Below, one piece after another: positions 10,819 to 19,831 of a DNA stretch of 64,000 nt. The notes under the pieces are model-generated. The model was not told the origin of the DNA. It saw only the letters and a list, made by a program, of their open reading frames with translations, and made no database searches. The stretch covers positions 672,001 through 736,000 of the forward strand of contig OZ253442.1 in the NCBI GenBank assembly GCA_965261085.1, read 5' to 3'. How positions within the stretch are numbered: position 1 is the first letter of the stretch; every line of letters starts with the position of its first letter. Made by a program: the position numbers and the translations under genes. Origin of the DNA: a bacterium. Its GTDB lineage: Bacteria > UBA8248.

Positions 10819-11943
10819 TTATACGATTTTGAGCATACGCTCAATGGGTATTCGCGCGCGCCGAGCCAGCTCCGGATCCACGGTAATTTCATGCTTTAGA
10901 TCACGTAGGCATTCATACAGGTTTTGTAATGTGTTTTGTTTCATGTAGGCGCAAAGTGCTTCGCGGCTAGCGGGAATTAAGATTTTGTCCGGAACCGCTT
11001 TGGACATTGGGTGGAGGTTTCCGACCTCGGTAGCCACGATGACTTCGGGGTGAGGGACTTCCTCCAGCAGCTTGATCATACCCTGAGTTGATCGGAACTG
11101 AAGCATATCCTCAGGCACGATTCCATCGTTCACTTGACGCATGCAGGCGCTGGTGCATCCGCACTCGGGGTGAACCACGGTGATGGCTTCGGGGTGCAAT
11201 TGTTGCTGCTCCAGGACGTGATGCGGGCGAATCCTTTCATGCACATGACATGCGCCCATCATAAGATGGAGGCGGTCCAAAGAATGTCCTTTGCTCTCCA
11301 GGAGTTTGGCTGCGTAGAAGCCCAAGAATACATCGGGCAAAAACAATATAGGTTGCTCGGGTCTGGAGTTTTCAAGGATATGCAGGGTGATTTTGCCCGC
11401 GTTGGCGGACGCGCAACAGTAATCGCTCTCCGCTTTTACCTCAAGGTATGTGTTTACATAGCTGATGACGATTCCGTCAGGATGCTCCTTTTTCCATTCC
11501 CGAATTTTATCGACATCGGCATGAGCGGCCAAAGAGCAAAGTGCCTGTAGACTGGGAGCCAATACAGTTTGATGCGGTTTTTTAAGCGCGGCCAAAATTT
11601 GATTCATGAACAAGACGGATGGTTCAACGAGGTAATCTGCGTCCGAGGCAGCGCCTTGTTGGGCTAAAAACAATGAATCTCCGATGACATCGGATACATC
11701 CTGAATGTCTCTGGGAACATAATTATGAGCCAAGATGAGTGCATTTTTCTCTTTTTTGAGTCGCCTGACCTCACCTTGCAGAAATTCTCTATCCTCTTCC
11801 GTAATGTTCTCGGGGTGTGCGTTTTCGGGGATTTCGGGGACATCAATGGAAGGTCCGAGGTCTGTTTGGTCCATTAAAGCGATGGCATCTTTTGCTGGAA
11901 GGATGTCACCGGCCTCAATATCTAAAATCATTTCAAACTCCAT
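10819..11943 (-). CDS. nadA: Quinolinate synthase
   Basis: ILAHNY, GDSL, three Fe-S cysteines (CSLA, CHVH, CAYMK) and HPEC. Confidence 0.95.
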   Translation of the reverse strand: MEFEMILDIEAGDILPAKDAIALMDQTDLGPSIDVPEIPENAHPENITEEDREFLQGEVRRLKKEKNALILAHNYVPRDIQDVSDVIGDSLFLAQQGAASDADYLVEPSVLFMNQILAALKKPHQTVLAPSLQALCSLAAHADVDKIREWKKEHPDGIVISYVNTYLEVKAESDYCCASANAGKITLHILENSRPEQPILFLPDVFLGFYAAKLLESKGHSLDRLHLMMGACHVHERIRPHHVLEQQQLHPEAITVVHPECGCTSACMRQVNDGIVPEDMLQFRSTQGMIKLLEEVPHPEVIVATEVGNLHPMSKAVPDKILIPASREALCAYMKQNTLQNLYECLRDLKHEITVDPELARRARIPIERMLKIV

Positions 11944-11999
11944 TTTTTAGAATGGCTATAAAGTTCGCATCTTGTTCTTGGGAGTTGAGCTTTCATTCC

Positions 12000-12034
12000 G
12001 CTTGCGCAAAAAATCACAAGCTTGCGCAAAAAAT
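12000..12034. promoter_or_regulatory. Candidate operator upstream of nadA (Rex/CRP-like palindrome inside a 20-bp-period direct repeat)
   Basis: GCTTGCGCAAAAAAT occurs twice 20 bp apart; 12002-12019 reads TTGTGATTTTTTGCGCAA on the minus strand. Confidence 0.4.
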
Positions 12035-12399
12035 AATGACTCCCATTAAATCAATAGTTTCACTTTTGGCGAATAAAGCGTGATACGGTACATGATTTCT
12101 ACCACCCCCTTCAGAGTCTTATTATTCCATGCTTTATCATAATAAGTAAAATAGAAAGAGAAAAAAAATCTGGTTTATTCTTGCCGAGTTGTGCTCTTTT
12201 TGTTAGGTTTTGTGATTGAGGTTTATGCGTTAGGTTATTGACAACGCAGTGGGCGAAGATCATCTCCCTGTCAATTGGTTCGAATCGCGGGTCGCCGAGC
12301 GAGACGACTCGTTTTTATTTATTTGAACCAGAATCCGACACGGCTCCTTTATCGGTATTTGTTTTACGTGAGGAAATTGGGGGTTTCGGGGAATCCATC

Positions 12400-12594
12400 A
12401 TGACACGTGGAGTGATTTGGTTGTTGGGCGCTTTGCTTTTGTCAGGACTGTTGATTTTTGCGCTAAATAGGATTTGTTCGAATACGTTAATTTTTTCAAA
12501 ATTAACCGGATATTTTTGTCCTAAACCCCGGATGAAATTGATAACGGTACCGCCGAATCCTAAGTCCGAAGGGGTGGAGCGACAAAAGAATTGA
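12400..12594 (+). CDS. Small membrane protein (64 aa)
   Basis: ATG at 12400, N-terminal hydrophobic helix; ends just before the prpD-like gene. Confidence 0.45.
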   Translation: MTRGVIWLLGALLLSGLLIFALNRICSNTLIFSKLTGYFCPKPRMKLITVPPNPKSEGVERQKN

Positions 12595-12626
12595 TCAATT
12601 CCCAAGTATTTTAGAAAGGTGAGGTT

Positions 12627-14033
12627 ATGAGCGATTCGGATTCTCTCATCACAGATGCCATCGTCGAATTTGTCTTGGAGACGGAATACGAAGACATTCC
12701 TGAAGATGTCAGGGTAATCATGCGCCGCTGTTTTGTGGATGGTATCGGTTTGATGGTTGCGGGTTCCACAGAAGAAAGTGGGCAGATAATTCAAAACTAC
12801 CTCAGGGAAATTGGAGGAGAACCCGAGGCGCGTGTAGTAGGGACTGATATGACGGTGCCTGCCCATCTTGCCGCTTTGGCCAATGGCATCGCGGGCCATG
12901 CAATGGATTATGACGATACGCAGTTGAGCAGCTATCCAGATCGTGTGTACGGCTTGTTGACTCACCCCACATGTCCGGTGATGCCCGCTGCTATGGCTAT
13001 TGCCGAGGCGCTGGGCGCAACGGGGCAGGAGTTGCTCACTGCATTTGCGCTGGGCTTCGAAGTGGAATGTAAGGTGGCGGAGGCGATTCGGCCGGATCAT
13101 TACATCAAAGGATTTCATTCCACGGGAACGATTGGCGCCATTGGAGCGGCTACTGCAGCCGCGAAGTTGATGGGATTGAATGAACATCAATTGCGTATGT
13201 GCTACGGGATCACCTGTTCGGAAAGTGCCGGTCTTCGTGCTAATTTTGGAACGATGACGAAGCCGTACCACTGTGGCCGCGCGGCGGAGAACGGTGTTGT
13301 AGCGGCAAGGTTGGCGTCGGGCGGTTACTCTTCGGACCCCACGATATTTGATGGACAATGGGGATTTTTCCAGATTATGGGTGGTGGTTGTGATCAAGAT
13401 TATATTGTTGGAAAACTTGGTAATGCCTGGTCGGCGGTAGATCCCGGAGTGTCGATTAAACCATATCCTTGCGGTTCCCTGTCACACCCTGCCATGGATG
13501 CCGCCCGGGATCTGATTTTAGAAAATGATGTCAAGCCAGAGCAGGTCAAAGAGTTACGTTTTGGGACCACCTCGCGCGTGTTGGAACCTCTGCGCTACAC
13601 GGAGCCGCAAAACGAACTGGAGGCTAAATTTTCTTTACAATTTGGGTTTGCCGCCTTGTTGTTAGAGCGCGCAGCTGGGATTGCTCAATATAAAGACGAG
13701 GTCGTCAAGCGTCCCGATGTCGTGGAGATGATGAAAAAGATAAATGCCTTCAAGGACGATGAAATCGAGGCCCAGGGTTACGCTCTCATTCGCGGCAAGG
13801 TGGCGATAGAACTTGAAGACGGCACGGTGTATGAGAAAATGTCGGAAATCTCCCGTGGCACTCCTCAGCGCCCCATGGATCGCGAGGAGCTTTACGAGAA
13901 ATTCACGGAATGCAGCAGCTTGGTGTACGAGAGCAATCAGATCGCTATGATTGAGGCGATGCTCTATAAAATCGATACGCTCGAAAACATCCATGGCCTC
14001 ATCGAGTTCTTAGGCGAGAAAATGGAAGTCTAA
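12627..14033 (+). CDS. MmgE/PrpD family protein
   Basis: AALANGIAGHAMDYDD, HPTCPV, GFHSTG and KPYPCG. Confidence 0.92.
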   Translation: MSDSDSLITDAIVEFVLETEYEDIPEDVRVIMRRCFVDGIGLMVAGSTEESGQIIQNYLREIGGEPEARVVGTDMTVPAHLAALANGIAGHAMDYDDTQLSSYPDRVYGLLTHPTCPVMPAAMAIAEALGATGQELLTAFALGFEVECKVAEAIRPDHYIKGFHSTGTIGAIGAATAAAKLMGLNEHQLRMCYGITCSESAGLRANFGTMTKPYHCGRAAENGVVAARLASGGYSSDPTIFDGQWGFFQIMGGGCDQDYIVGKLGNAWSAVDPGVSIKPYPCGSLSHPAMDAARDLILENDVKPEQVKELRFGTTSRVLEPLRYTEPQNELEAKFSLQFGFAALLLERAAGIAQYKDEVVKRPDVVEMMKKINAFKDDEIEAQGYALIRGKVAIELEDGTVYEKMSEISRGTPQRPMDREELYEKFTECSSLVYESNQIAMIEAMLYKIDTLENIHGLIEFLGEKMEV

Positions 14034-14095
14034 CGATTTTCCCTCACCAAGTGCGTATCTGCCGTCCATAGGAATGACAGGCAAGGGACGATAAA

Positions 14096-14491
14096 TTGGG
14101 TTTTCATCGCTGGGAAGACATTCCAGAAACTCAAAATCTTCGTAAGGGAACCATGCGTCGAGCGGTCGCATTGGATGGGTTGACGATGCAGCGCGGCGAG
14201 ATTTCTCCCGACACGCTGTTCAATGAGAGTACGATTCATCGCCACCCCGAAGATCAGTTTATCATTATGCTGAAGGGTAAACTGAAAATGCACATTGATG
14301 GCGTTGAGGAATGGCTCGAACCCGGTAGTTTCGCCTCCATCCCGGGCGGTGTGTTCCATAGCGCAACGGGCGTGGGACCTGAGGGTGCGAAATACATTGA
14401 AGTATTATCTTCAGGCCGTATCGACTACTTGCCTGGTTATCTGGGTAAACCTAAAAATGAATTTTTACATGAGAAGCAAAGCGGTTCATGA
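14096..14491 (+). CDS. Cupin domain protein
   Basis: HRHPEDQ ... IPGGVFHS. Confidence 0.85.
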   Translation: MGFHRWEDIPETQNLRKGTMRRAVALDGLTMQRGEISPDTLFNESTIHRHPEDQFIIMLKGKLKMHIDGVEEWLEPGSFASIPGGVFHSATGVGPEGAKYIEVLSSGRIDYLPGYLGKPKNEFLHEKQSGS

Positions 14492-14892
14492 TGACAGAAG
14501 AGGCAAATAGAGTTTTTGTCGTTTGCTCTGATTTAATGTTCTCCGCCGGTATTCGTGAAGCGGGAATTTCGCAAGGGATTGTGTTGGAGTTCATCGATTC
14601 AGAGGAGAAATTTGATGAGACGATCGAAAAATTTTGCGCCGTATTATTCATGTCGGATCTGCATCACCACAAACTAGGTGGCGAAAAAGCGGGTGAACTC
14701 GTCAAAAAGTTAAAGGCCAGTCAAAAAAACAAAGATGCGTACACCATTGCTTGGGGCAAGCATACCGAGCCGGAGTTGCTCAACTCAGCGACTCGAGCAG
14801 GTTTTGACAAGGTGGTTCCCCGTTCTTTGTTTGTGAAAGAAATGCCCGAGTTCGTTCGACAAGCGGCAAGTCGAATTCGAATGCGCGCATGA
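14488..14892 (+). CDS. Receiver-like (CheY-fold) hypothetical protein
   Basis: VVCSDLMF ... AGFDKVVPRS pattern; overlaps both neighbours (ATGA-type coupling). Confidence 0.6.
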   Translation: MMTEEANRVFVVCSDLMFSAGIREAGISQGIVLEFIDSEEKFDETIEKFCAVLFMSDLHHHKLGGEKAGELVKKLKASQKNKDAYTIAWGKHTEPELLNSATRAGFDKVVPRSLFVKEMPEFVRQAASRIRMRA

Positions 14893-15212
14893 CGTCCCTT
14901 CGCAAAGGCGAGAGGCTCAATCCTGAGTCATGCGATGGTTCTCTCATCTGGTGGTTGTATGTGCCGACATCACGGCAAAATTATTTGCAAGCGATATTGG
15001 AAGGTTATGACGATTTAGGGTACTACCAAACTTTTCATGCTTGCATCGAGAAAAACGAACACGGCGAACCCATGTCTCTTGCGAGGCTGACTTCATCTAT
15101 AGATGCAAAAGTTGGGACCAAAGCGCTTCTCGAAACATTCTCGAAAGAAATTAAACTCAAAATACTGGATTCTGCGCCTCCGTTCGACTCTTCAGAACAA
15201 CCAAGAGCATAA
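14889..15212 (+). CDS. Hypothetical protein (DUF4911-like)
   Basis: YLQAILEGYDDLG motif; operon context. Confidence 0.55.
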   Translation: MTSLRKGERLNPESCDGSLIWWLYVPTSRQNYLQAILEGYDDLGYYQTFHACIEKNEHGEPMSLARLTSSIDAKVGTKALLETFSKEIKLKILDSAPPFDSSEQPRA

Positions 15213-15226
15213 AGGACATCCCCATA

Positions 15227-16051
15227 ATGAGGTGTGCCCTCACGTGGCTATCCCTATTGATTCTGTTGGTTTTAGGATTTGGGACCAATTCTCTCGCGTT
15301 GGAGCGCTTGAAACTTGCGACTACGACGAGCACAGAGAATTCTGGTTTGCTCAAGCAATTACATCCTGTATTTGAGAAAAAATATGGTGTTTTCGTGCAT
15401 ACCATATCCGTAGGCACGGGGAAGGCATTGCGACTGGGGCAAAATGGTGATGTGGACGTTGTGCTCGTCCATGCGAAGAAATCGGAAGATTTGTTTATGG
15501 AGCGAGGCTACGGTGTTCGCAGAAGAGCCGTCATGTATAACGATTTTGTGATCGTAGGCCCAGCATCGGACCCTGCTGGGGTATTCAGGACATTCGATGT
15601 GTCCAAGGCGTTGCTTCGAATAAAGAATTCGGAAAGTCTTTGGTTCAGCAGGGGAGATGACTCTGGAACACACAAGAAGGAAATAGAGCTTTGGAAAAGT
15701 GCCGGCGTTGGTGTGTTTGGTCCCTGGTATCGCGCTTTGGGCCAGGGAATGGGCAGAACGCTGATGGCAGCGGACGAAAAGAGTGGATACACGCTTACAG
15801 ACAGAGGCACTTATATTGCTCTCGTTGCGAACAGAAAGATTTCCCTCAAGATCCAAGGGTCAATAGGAGAGCGCTTGCACAACCCTTATAGCGTGATCGC
15901 CGTGAACCCGATGCGTCATCCACATGTGAAATTTGGTTTGGCAGTGAAATATATCGATTTTCTCACATCTGTTGAAGGACAAGGAATCATCCGTGATTTT
16001 CGGCTTATGGGAAAACAACTCTTTTATCCAAACGCGAAGAGAACATATTGA
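15227..16051 (+). CDS. tupA: Tungstate ABC transporter substrate-binding protein
   Basis: Signal peptide, TupA signature LATTTSTENSGLL, GTGKAL, SRGDDSGTH. Confidence 0.93.
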   Translation: MRCALTWLSLLILLVLGFGTNSLALERLKLATTTSTENSGLLKQLHPVFEKKYGVFVHTISVGTGKALRLGQNGDVDVVLVHAKKSEDLFMERGYGVRRRAVMYNDFVIVGPASDPAGVFRTFDVSKALLRIKNSESLWFSRGDDSGTHKKEIELWKSAGVGVFGPWYRALGQGMGRTLMAADEKSGYTLTDRGTYIALVANRKISLKIQGSIGERLHNPYSVIAVNPMRHPHVKFGLAVKYIDFLTSVEGQGIIRDFRLMGKQLFYPNAKRTY

Positions 16052-16076
16052 TGAATTTCCCTAGAGGATAGGCGGT

Positions 16077-16763
16077 TTGGAATATTTACTAGATGGATTT
16101 GCCGATGGGTTGATGCGGGTGCTTAGGTCAGATCCAGAAGTAATGCGCGCCGCTTGGGTGACCATCAAAGTAGGTTTTTGGGCTACGATTCTAGCGTCTC
16201 TCATTGGCCTGCCTGTTGGTTTTCTGTTAGCGACAGCACGTTTTCGAGGGCGTGGGTTCGCCATCACAGTGTTTCAAACATCACTTGGTTTGCCCACTGT
16301 CGTTATCGGATTGCTCGTATATGGCTTCATCTCTAGGCGCGGGCCTTTAGGGTTTGCCGACTTGTTGTTCACTCCTTCGGCCATCATTGTCGGATTGGTC
16401 GTGTTGGCAATTCCACTCGTCGCGGTATTCTCCATGACGTCCGTCGCATCCGTTGATGAAAGGGTTCGGGAAACAGCACTCACCTTGGGTGCGTCCAATG
16501 GGCTTGTGGCCTGGACAGTGCTGCGTGAAGCTCGTTTCGGGATGGTGGCGGCGGTGCTGGCGGCGTTTGGCCGCGTATCTTCAGAAGTGGGAATCGCTAT
16601 GATGCTCGGAGGGAATATCGAGGGATATACCCGAACCCTGACCACGGCCATTGCGCTTGAAAGTATGAAAGGAGAATTCGGTTTCGGAATTGCCTTGGGC
16701 GTTGTGCTCTTGGTGATAATTTTCGTGACGAATTTGCTTTCTCGTTACATTCAAAGGTCCTGA
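16077..16763 (+). CDS. tupB: Tungstate ABC transporter permease
   Basis: LPTVVIGL, RRGPLG, EVGIAMMLGGNI, TRTLTTAIALE. Confidence 0.92.
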   Translation: MEYLLDGFADGLMRVLRSDPEVMRAAWVTIKVGFWATILASLIGLPVGFLLATARFRGRGFAITVFQTSLGLPTVVIGLLVYGFISRRGPLGFADLLFTPSAIIVGLVVLAIPLVAVFSMTSVASVDERVRETALTLGASNGLVAWTVLREARFGMVAAVLAAFGRVSSEVGIAMMLGGNIEGYTRTLTTAIALESMKGEFGFGIALGVVLLVIIFVTNLLSRYIQRS

Positions 16764-16764
16764 T

Positions 16765-17409
16765 ATGGATGTGTTTTTTCTGGAAAACGTGAAATTTCGG
16801 TTTGAGTCCGATTTAGTTCTGGACATTGGGAGAATAGAGGTGTCATCTGGTGTGGTAACATTGCTCACCGGAGCAAATGGTTCTGGTAAAACAACGCTGT
16901 TGCGTGTGATGGCGGGTTTGCTTATGCCTGAAGATGGCATCATCAAATACAAAGGTAAGGCCGTAATTTTTGGCAAACCGGGGCTCAAATACAGGAGACA
17001 GATCACGCTCCTCGCCCAGGAACCATATCTTTTTCAGGGAAATGTAATGTTAAATGTTTCTTATGGACCCCGAGCGCGTGGGATGAATATATCGCAGGCG
17101 AATAAAAAAGCTGAAGAAGCCATCCTCAAAACGCGATGCGAGGGCTTGGTTCACCGAGACGCTGCAAAACTCTCTGGGGGAGAGAAAAAGCGCGTTGCCC
17201 TTGCCAGGGCGTTAGCGGCAGGAGCGGAAACCCTTCTTTTGGATGAACCCATTTCCCATGTAGACGAAGAAAACAGCGAATTAATTGCCGGAATTATAAA
17301 AGATTTAGCCACCTCTGGAATTACTTTGGTTGTGAGCACTCATATACCAGAGTGGACGAATTCTCTTTCAGTAAAAAATGTACGACTCGCGTATGGCCGG
17401 GTGGTGTAA
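16765..17409 (+). CDS. tupC: Tungstate ABC transporter ATP-binding protein
   Basis: GANGSGKT, LSGGE, LLLDEP; follows tupAB. Confidence 0.85.
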   Translation: MDVFFLENVKFRFESDLVLDIGRIEVSSGVVTLLTGANGSGKTTLLRVMAGLLMPEDGIIKYKGKAVIFGKPGLKYRRQITLLAQEPYLFQGNVMLNVSYGPRARGMNISQANKKAEEAILKTRCEGLVHRDAAKLSGGEKKRVALARALAAGAETLLLDEPISHVDEENSELIAGIIKDLATSGITLVVSTHIPEWTNSLSVKNVRLAYGRVV

Positions 17410-17410
17410 T

Positions 17411-18163
17411 TCAGGGTAATTCGGTTTCATCGACATGGTGCGAATCTCCGAATAAATCAGCCTCCAGCAAGCCTCCACGCCAAGTGGGATAATGCCTGAA
17501 ATAATAATCTACCAATCCTGCTTCAAACACTTTTGGTTGGGTGTAATCCGTAGCTTGTTTTTGCGAGCGGTGGCATGCTTGCGCTTTTATTCTCGCGTGT
17601 GGAAAGTTTCTCCCATCAATAATGGTTGTGTAGTCATCTCGATAAATGAAGTCGGAGCGATTGTACAAAGAGCGTCTTTTTTCTGGCGATATTCGGTGGT
17701 ATAGGCGTTTGGGAGCAACACCTAGATTTTTCCTCATAAGTTGGTGGAAAGCCTTTGTGGCCCAGCCGCCGACGGCAATATGGTCAGGGTGTCCGGTAAC
17801 GCCGTCCTCTCCATAAGTCACGACCACGTCAGGAGAAATGTTTCGGATAAATTCTTCGATGCGGGGTAGAATTTCTGAGTCCTCGACGGAATTCAATCCA
17901 CCATCTGGGTAGTTCCAGAGCGTCATATCTTTGACACCAAGCGCCCGGCAGGCGTCTTCCAGCTCTTTTTCTCGAACGTCACCTAACTCCTCGGGCTCAC
18001 ATATCCCGTTTGTGAGGCCTGCTTCTCCTCGTGTGAGAGTAAGGAGGCTCATGCGCACGCCTTGGTTTGAGTAGAGTGTGAATGTGGCAGGATTTCCAAA
18101 GGATTCATCATCCGGATGTGCGTAAATGTGCAGTATGGAGCGTTGGGAGGTCAATTTATTCAT
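17411..18163 (-). CDS. PIG-L family deacetylase (MshB/BshB-like)
   Basis: AHPDDE and GHPDH motifs. Confidence 0.9.
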   Translation of the reverse strand: MNKLTSQRSILHIYAHPDDESFGNPATFTLYSNQGVRMSLLTLTRGEAGLTNGICEPEELGDVREKELEDACRALGVKDMTLWNYPDGGLNSVEDSEILPRIEEFIRNISPDVVVTYGEDGVTGHPDHIAVGGWATKAFHQLMRKNLGVAPKRLYHRISPEKRRSLYNRSDFIYRDDYTTIIDGRNFPHARIKAQACHRSQKQATDYTQPKVFEAGLVDYYFRHYPTWRGGLLEADLFGDSHHVDETELP

Positions 18164-18541
18164 AACAAAGAGATGGGTTGAAGAACCTGCGCATTAACAA
18201 GGTTGCATATTACCATTTCAAATGAATGATTCAAGAATTATGTCCTTCGTTTTTTCTTTTCGTGACTTGATCTCTGATCTTTCTGGTAGCGGTATTTCTT
18301 CTCTTCCCAGACATCCATATCAGCGAAATGACATTTTATACCCGAAATTCATGTAATCAAATTTCGACGAGCGACAAAAAGGTCATTTTCAAAAAATCCA
18401 TCCCCTTGCCCTGTATCCATCTTTGGTTTATATGAAACTTATGCTTACGAGACCCTAAAATTTGTTATTATCAAACTAATATACGAGTTGATGCTGATCA
18501 ATGATTTGTGAAACTCTGTTCCATTACAAGGAGTCGGTACT

Positions 18542-19699
18542 GTGGAGCTAGCCATTTCTAGGGATACGTTGTTCAGAGCCCTGCAGACGATACAAGGTGT
18601 CGTCGAAAATAGAAGCAGTGCAATGCCAATATTGCAAAATGTGCTTGTCGAGACCGAGGGCAATAGGAATATCCGCTTGTTGGGCACGAATCTTGATATC
18701 AGTATGCGGGGAGTGTTCGAGGCCGAAGTAGAGAAAGCGGGCAAAGTTACGCTGAATGCGAGGAAATTGTTTGACATTGTTCGAGAACTTCCTGAGGCGG
18801 AGGTTCGTTTCACGGAAGAAGATGGACAATGGATTGAAATGCGCTGTGAGCGCTCGAAATTCCGTTTTCCGGGATTGCCACCCACAGAATTTCCCGCCCT
18901 TCCTGAGTCGAAAGACTCAAAAACACATACAATTTCCGCATCGGTATTATCGGAAATGATTCGCAAGACAATGTTTGCGATATCTCAGGATGAGACGCGC
19001 TATACTTACAATGGCGTCTTCATGGAAACCGAATCCGATATACTGCGCCTTGTCGCTACGGATGGCCATCGGTTGGCGATGATTGAGCGAGCGAGCGAAG
19101 GGTTGATACTTGATGGAGGAGTGATTGTCCATAAAAAAGCTTTAGGAGAACTGGTGAAGCTCTTGCAGGGCGTCGAGGGTGACATATCCGTTTCTCTCAC
19201 CCACGTCTCAAGCGGTCAGGGTTTGTCTCTTTCAGGAGACGAAGCGTCTGCTTCTCTCACCCCAAACCACATCATTTTTCAAATGGATAATATTGCATTA
19301 TCGGCCCGGCTGATAGACGGTGAATTTCCGAAATATAGGCAGGTGATTCCAGATAACAATGAGCATTCCATTTTGATGAACCGGGAAAGGCTAACACAAG
19401 CGCTCAGGCGGGTTTCCCTTTTTACTAATGAAACACGCATGGTGAAATTCGAGTTTTCGCCGGGCCAGTTGAAGTTGACGACGAACGGCTCAGAAGCGGG
19501 GGAGGCTGAGGAAATAATAGAATCGAACGCGCAGACCGACATCACGATTGGATTTAATTCAAGGTATTGTCTTGATGCGCTCTCCATATTGGATGAAGAG
19601 GAAATCAGCATGGAGTTAAAGGATTCGCTGAGCCCAGGGGTACTCTCTCCTAAAGACTCGGATGGTTATACATATGTTGTAATGCCGATGCGTGTCTGA
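18542..19699 (+). CDS. dnaN: DNA polymerase III beta sliding clamp
   Basis: MPILQNV, VATDGHRL, RLIDGEFPKY, IGFNSRY, VVMPMR. Confidence 0.96.
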   Translation: MELAISRDTLFRALQTIQGVVENRSSAMPILQNVLVETEGNRNIRLLGTNLDISMRGVFEAEVEKAGKVTLNARKLFDIVRELPEAEVRFTEEDGQWIEMRCERSKFRFPGLPPTEFPALPESKDSKTHTISASVLSEMIRKTMFAISQDETRYTYNGVFMETESDILRLVATDGHRLAMIERASEGLILDGGVIVHKKALGELVKLLQGVEGDISVSLTHVSSGQGLSLSGDEASASLTPNHIIFQMDNIALSARLIDGEFPKYRQVIPDNNEHSILMNRERLTQALRRVSLFTNETRMVKFEFSPGQLKLTTNGSEAGEAEEIIESNAQTDITIGFNSRYCLDALSILDEEEISMELKDSLSPGVLSPKDSDGYTYVVMPMRV

Positions 19700-19831
19700 A
19701 CATCTATTCGGTTTGCCTAAAGGTACAATCTTACGTAGCCGGTTTTCCCAAAATGAAACGGTTTGTGAATCATCGTTTCTTAGGCGTCTCTTTGATGGGG
19801 CGCCTGTATTTTTGGTCACGGTATTCAACAA

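Noticed and set aside
11944-12060. NAD+-I (nadA motif) riboswitch
   Set aside because: The ACAAC-type bulge and GUAG/CUAC pairing I recall for that aptamer are not visible; a protein operator fits better.
12238-12320. tRNA remnant or sRNA (GGTTCGAATCG followed by a hairpin and T-run)
   Set aside because: No cloverleaf, D-arm or acceptor stem. It may be a weak promoter/terminator, but support is too thin to call.
18164-18541. oriC upstream of dnaN
   Set aside because: AT-rich, but no cluster of consensus DnaA boxes was found and dnaA is absent.
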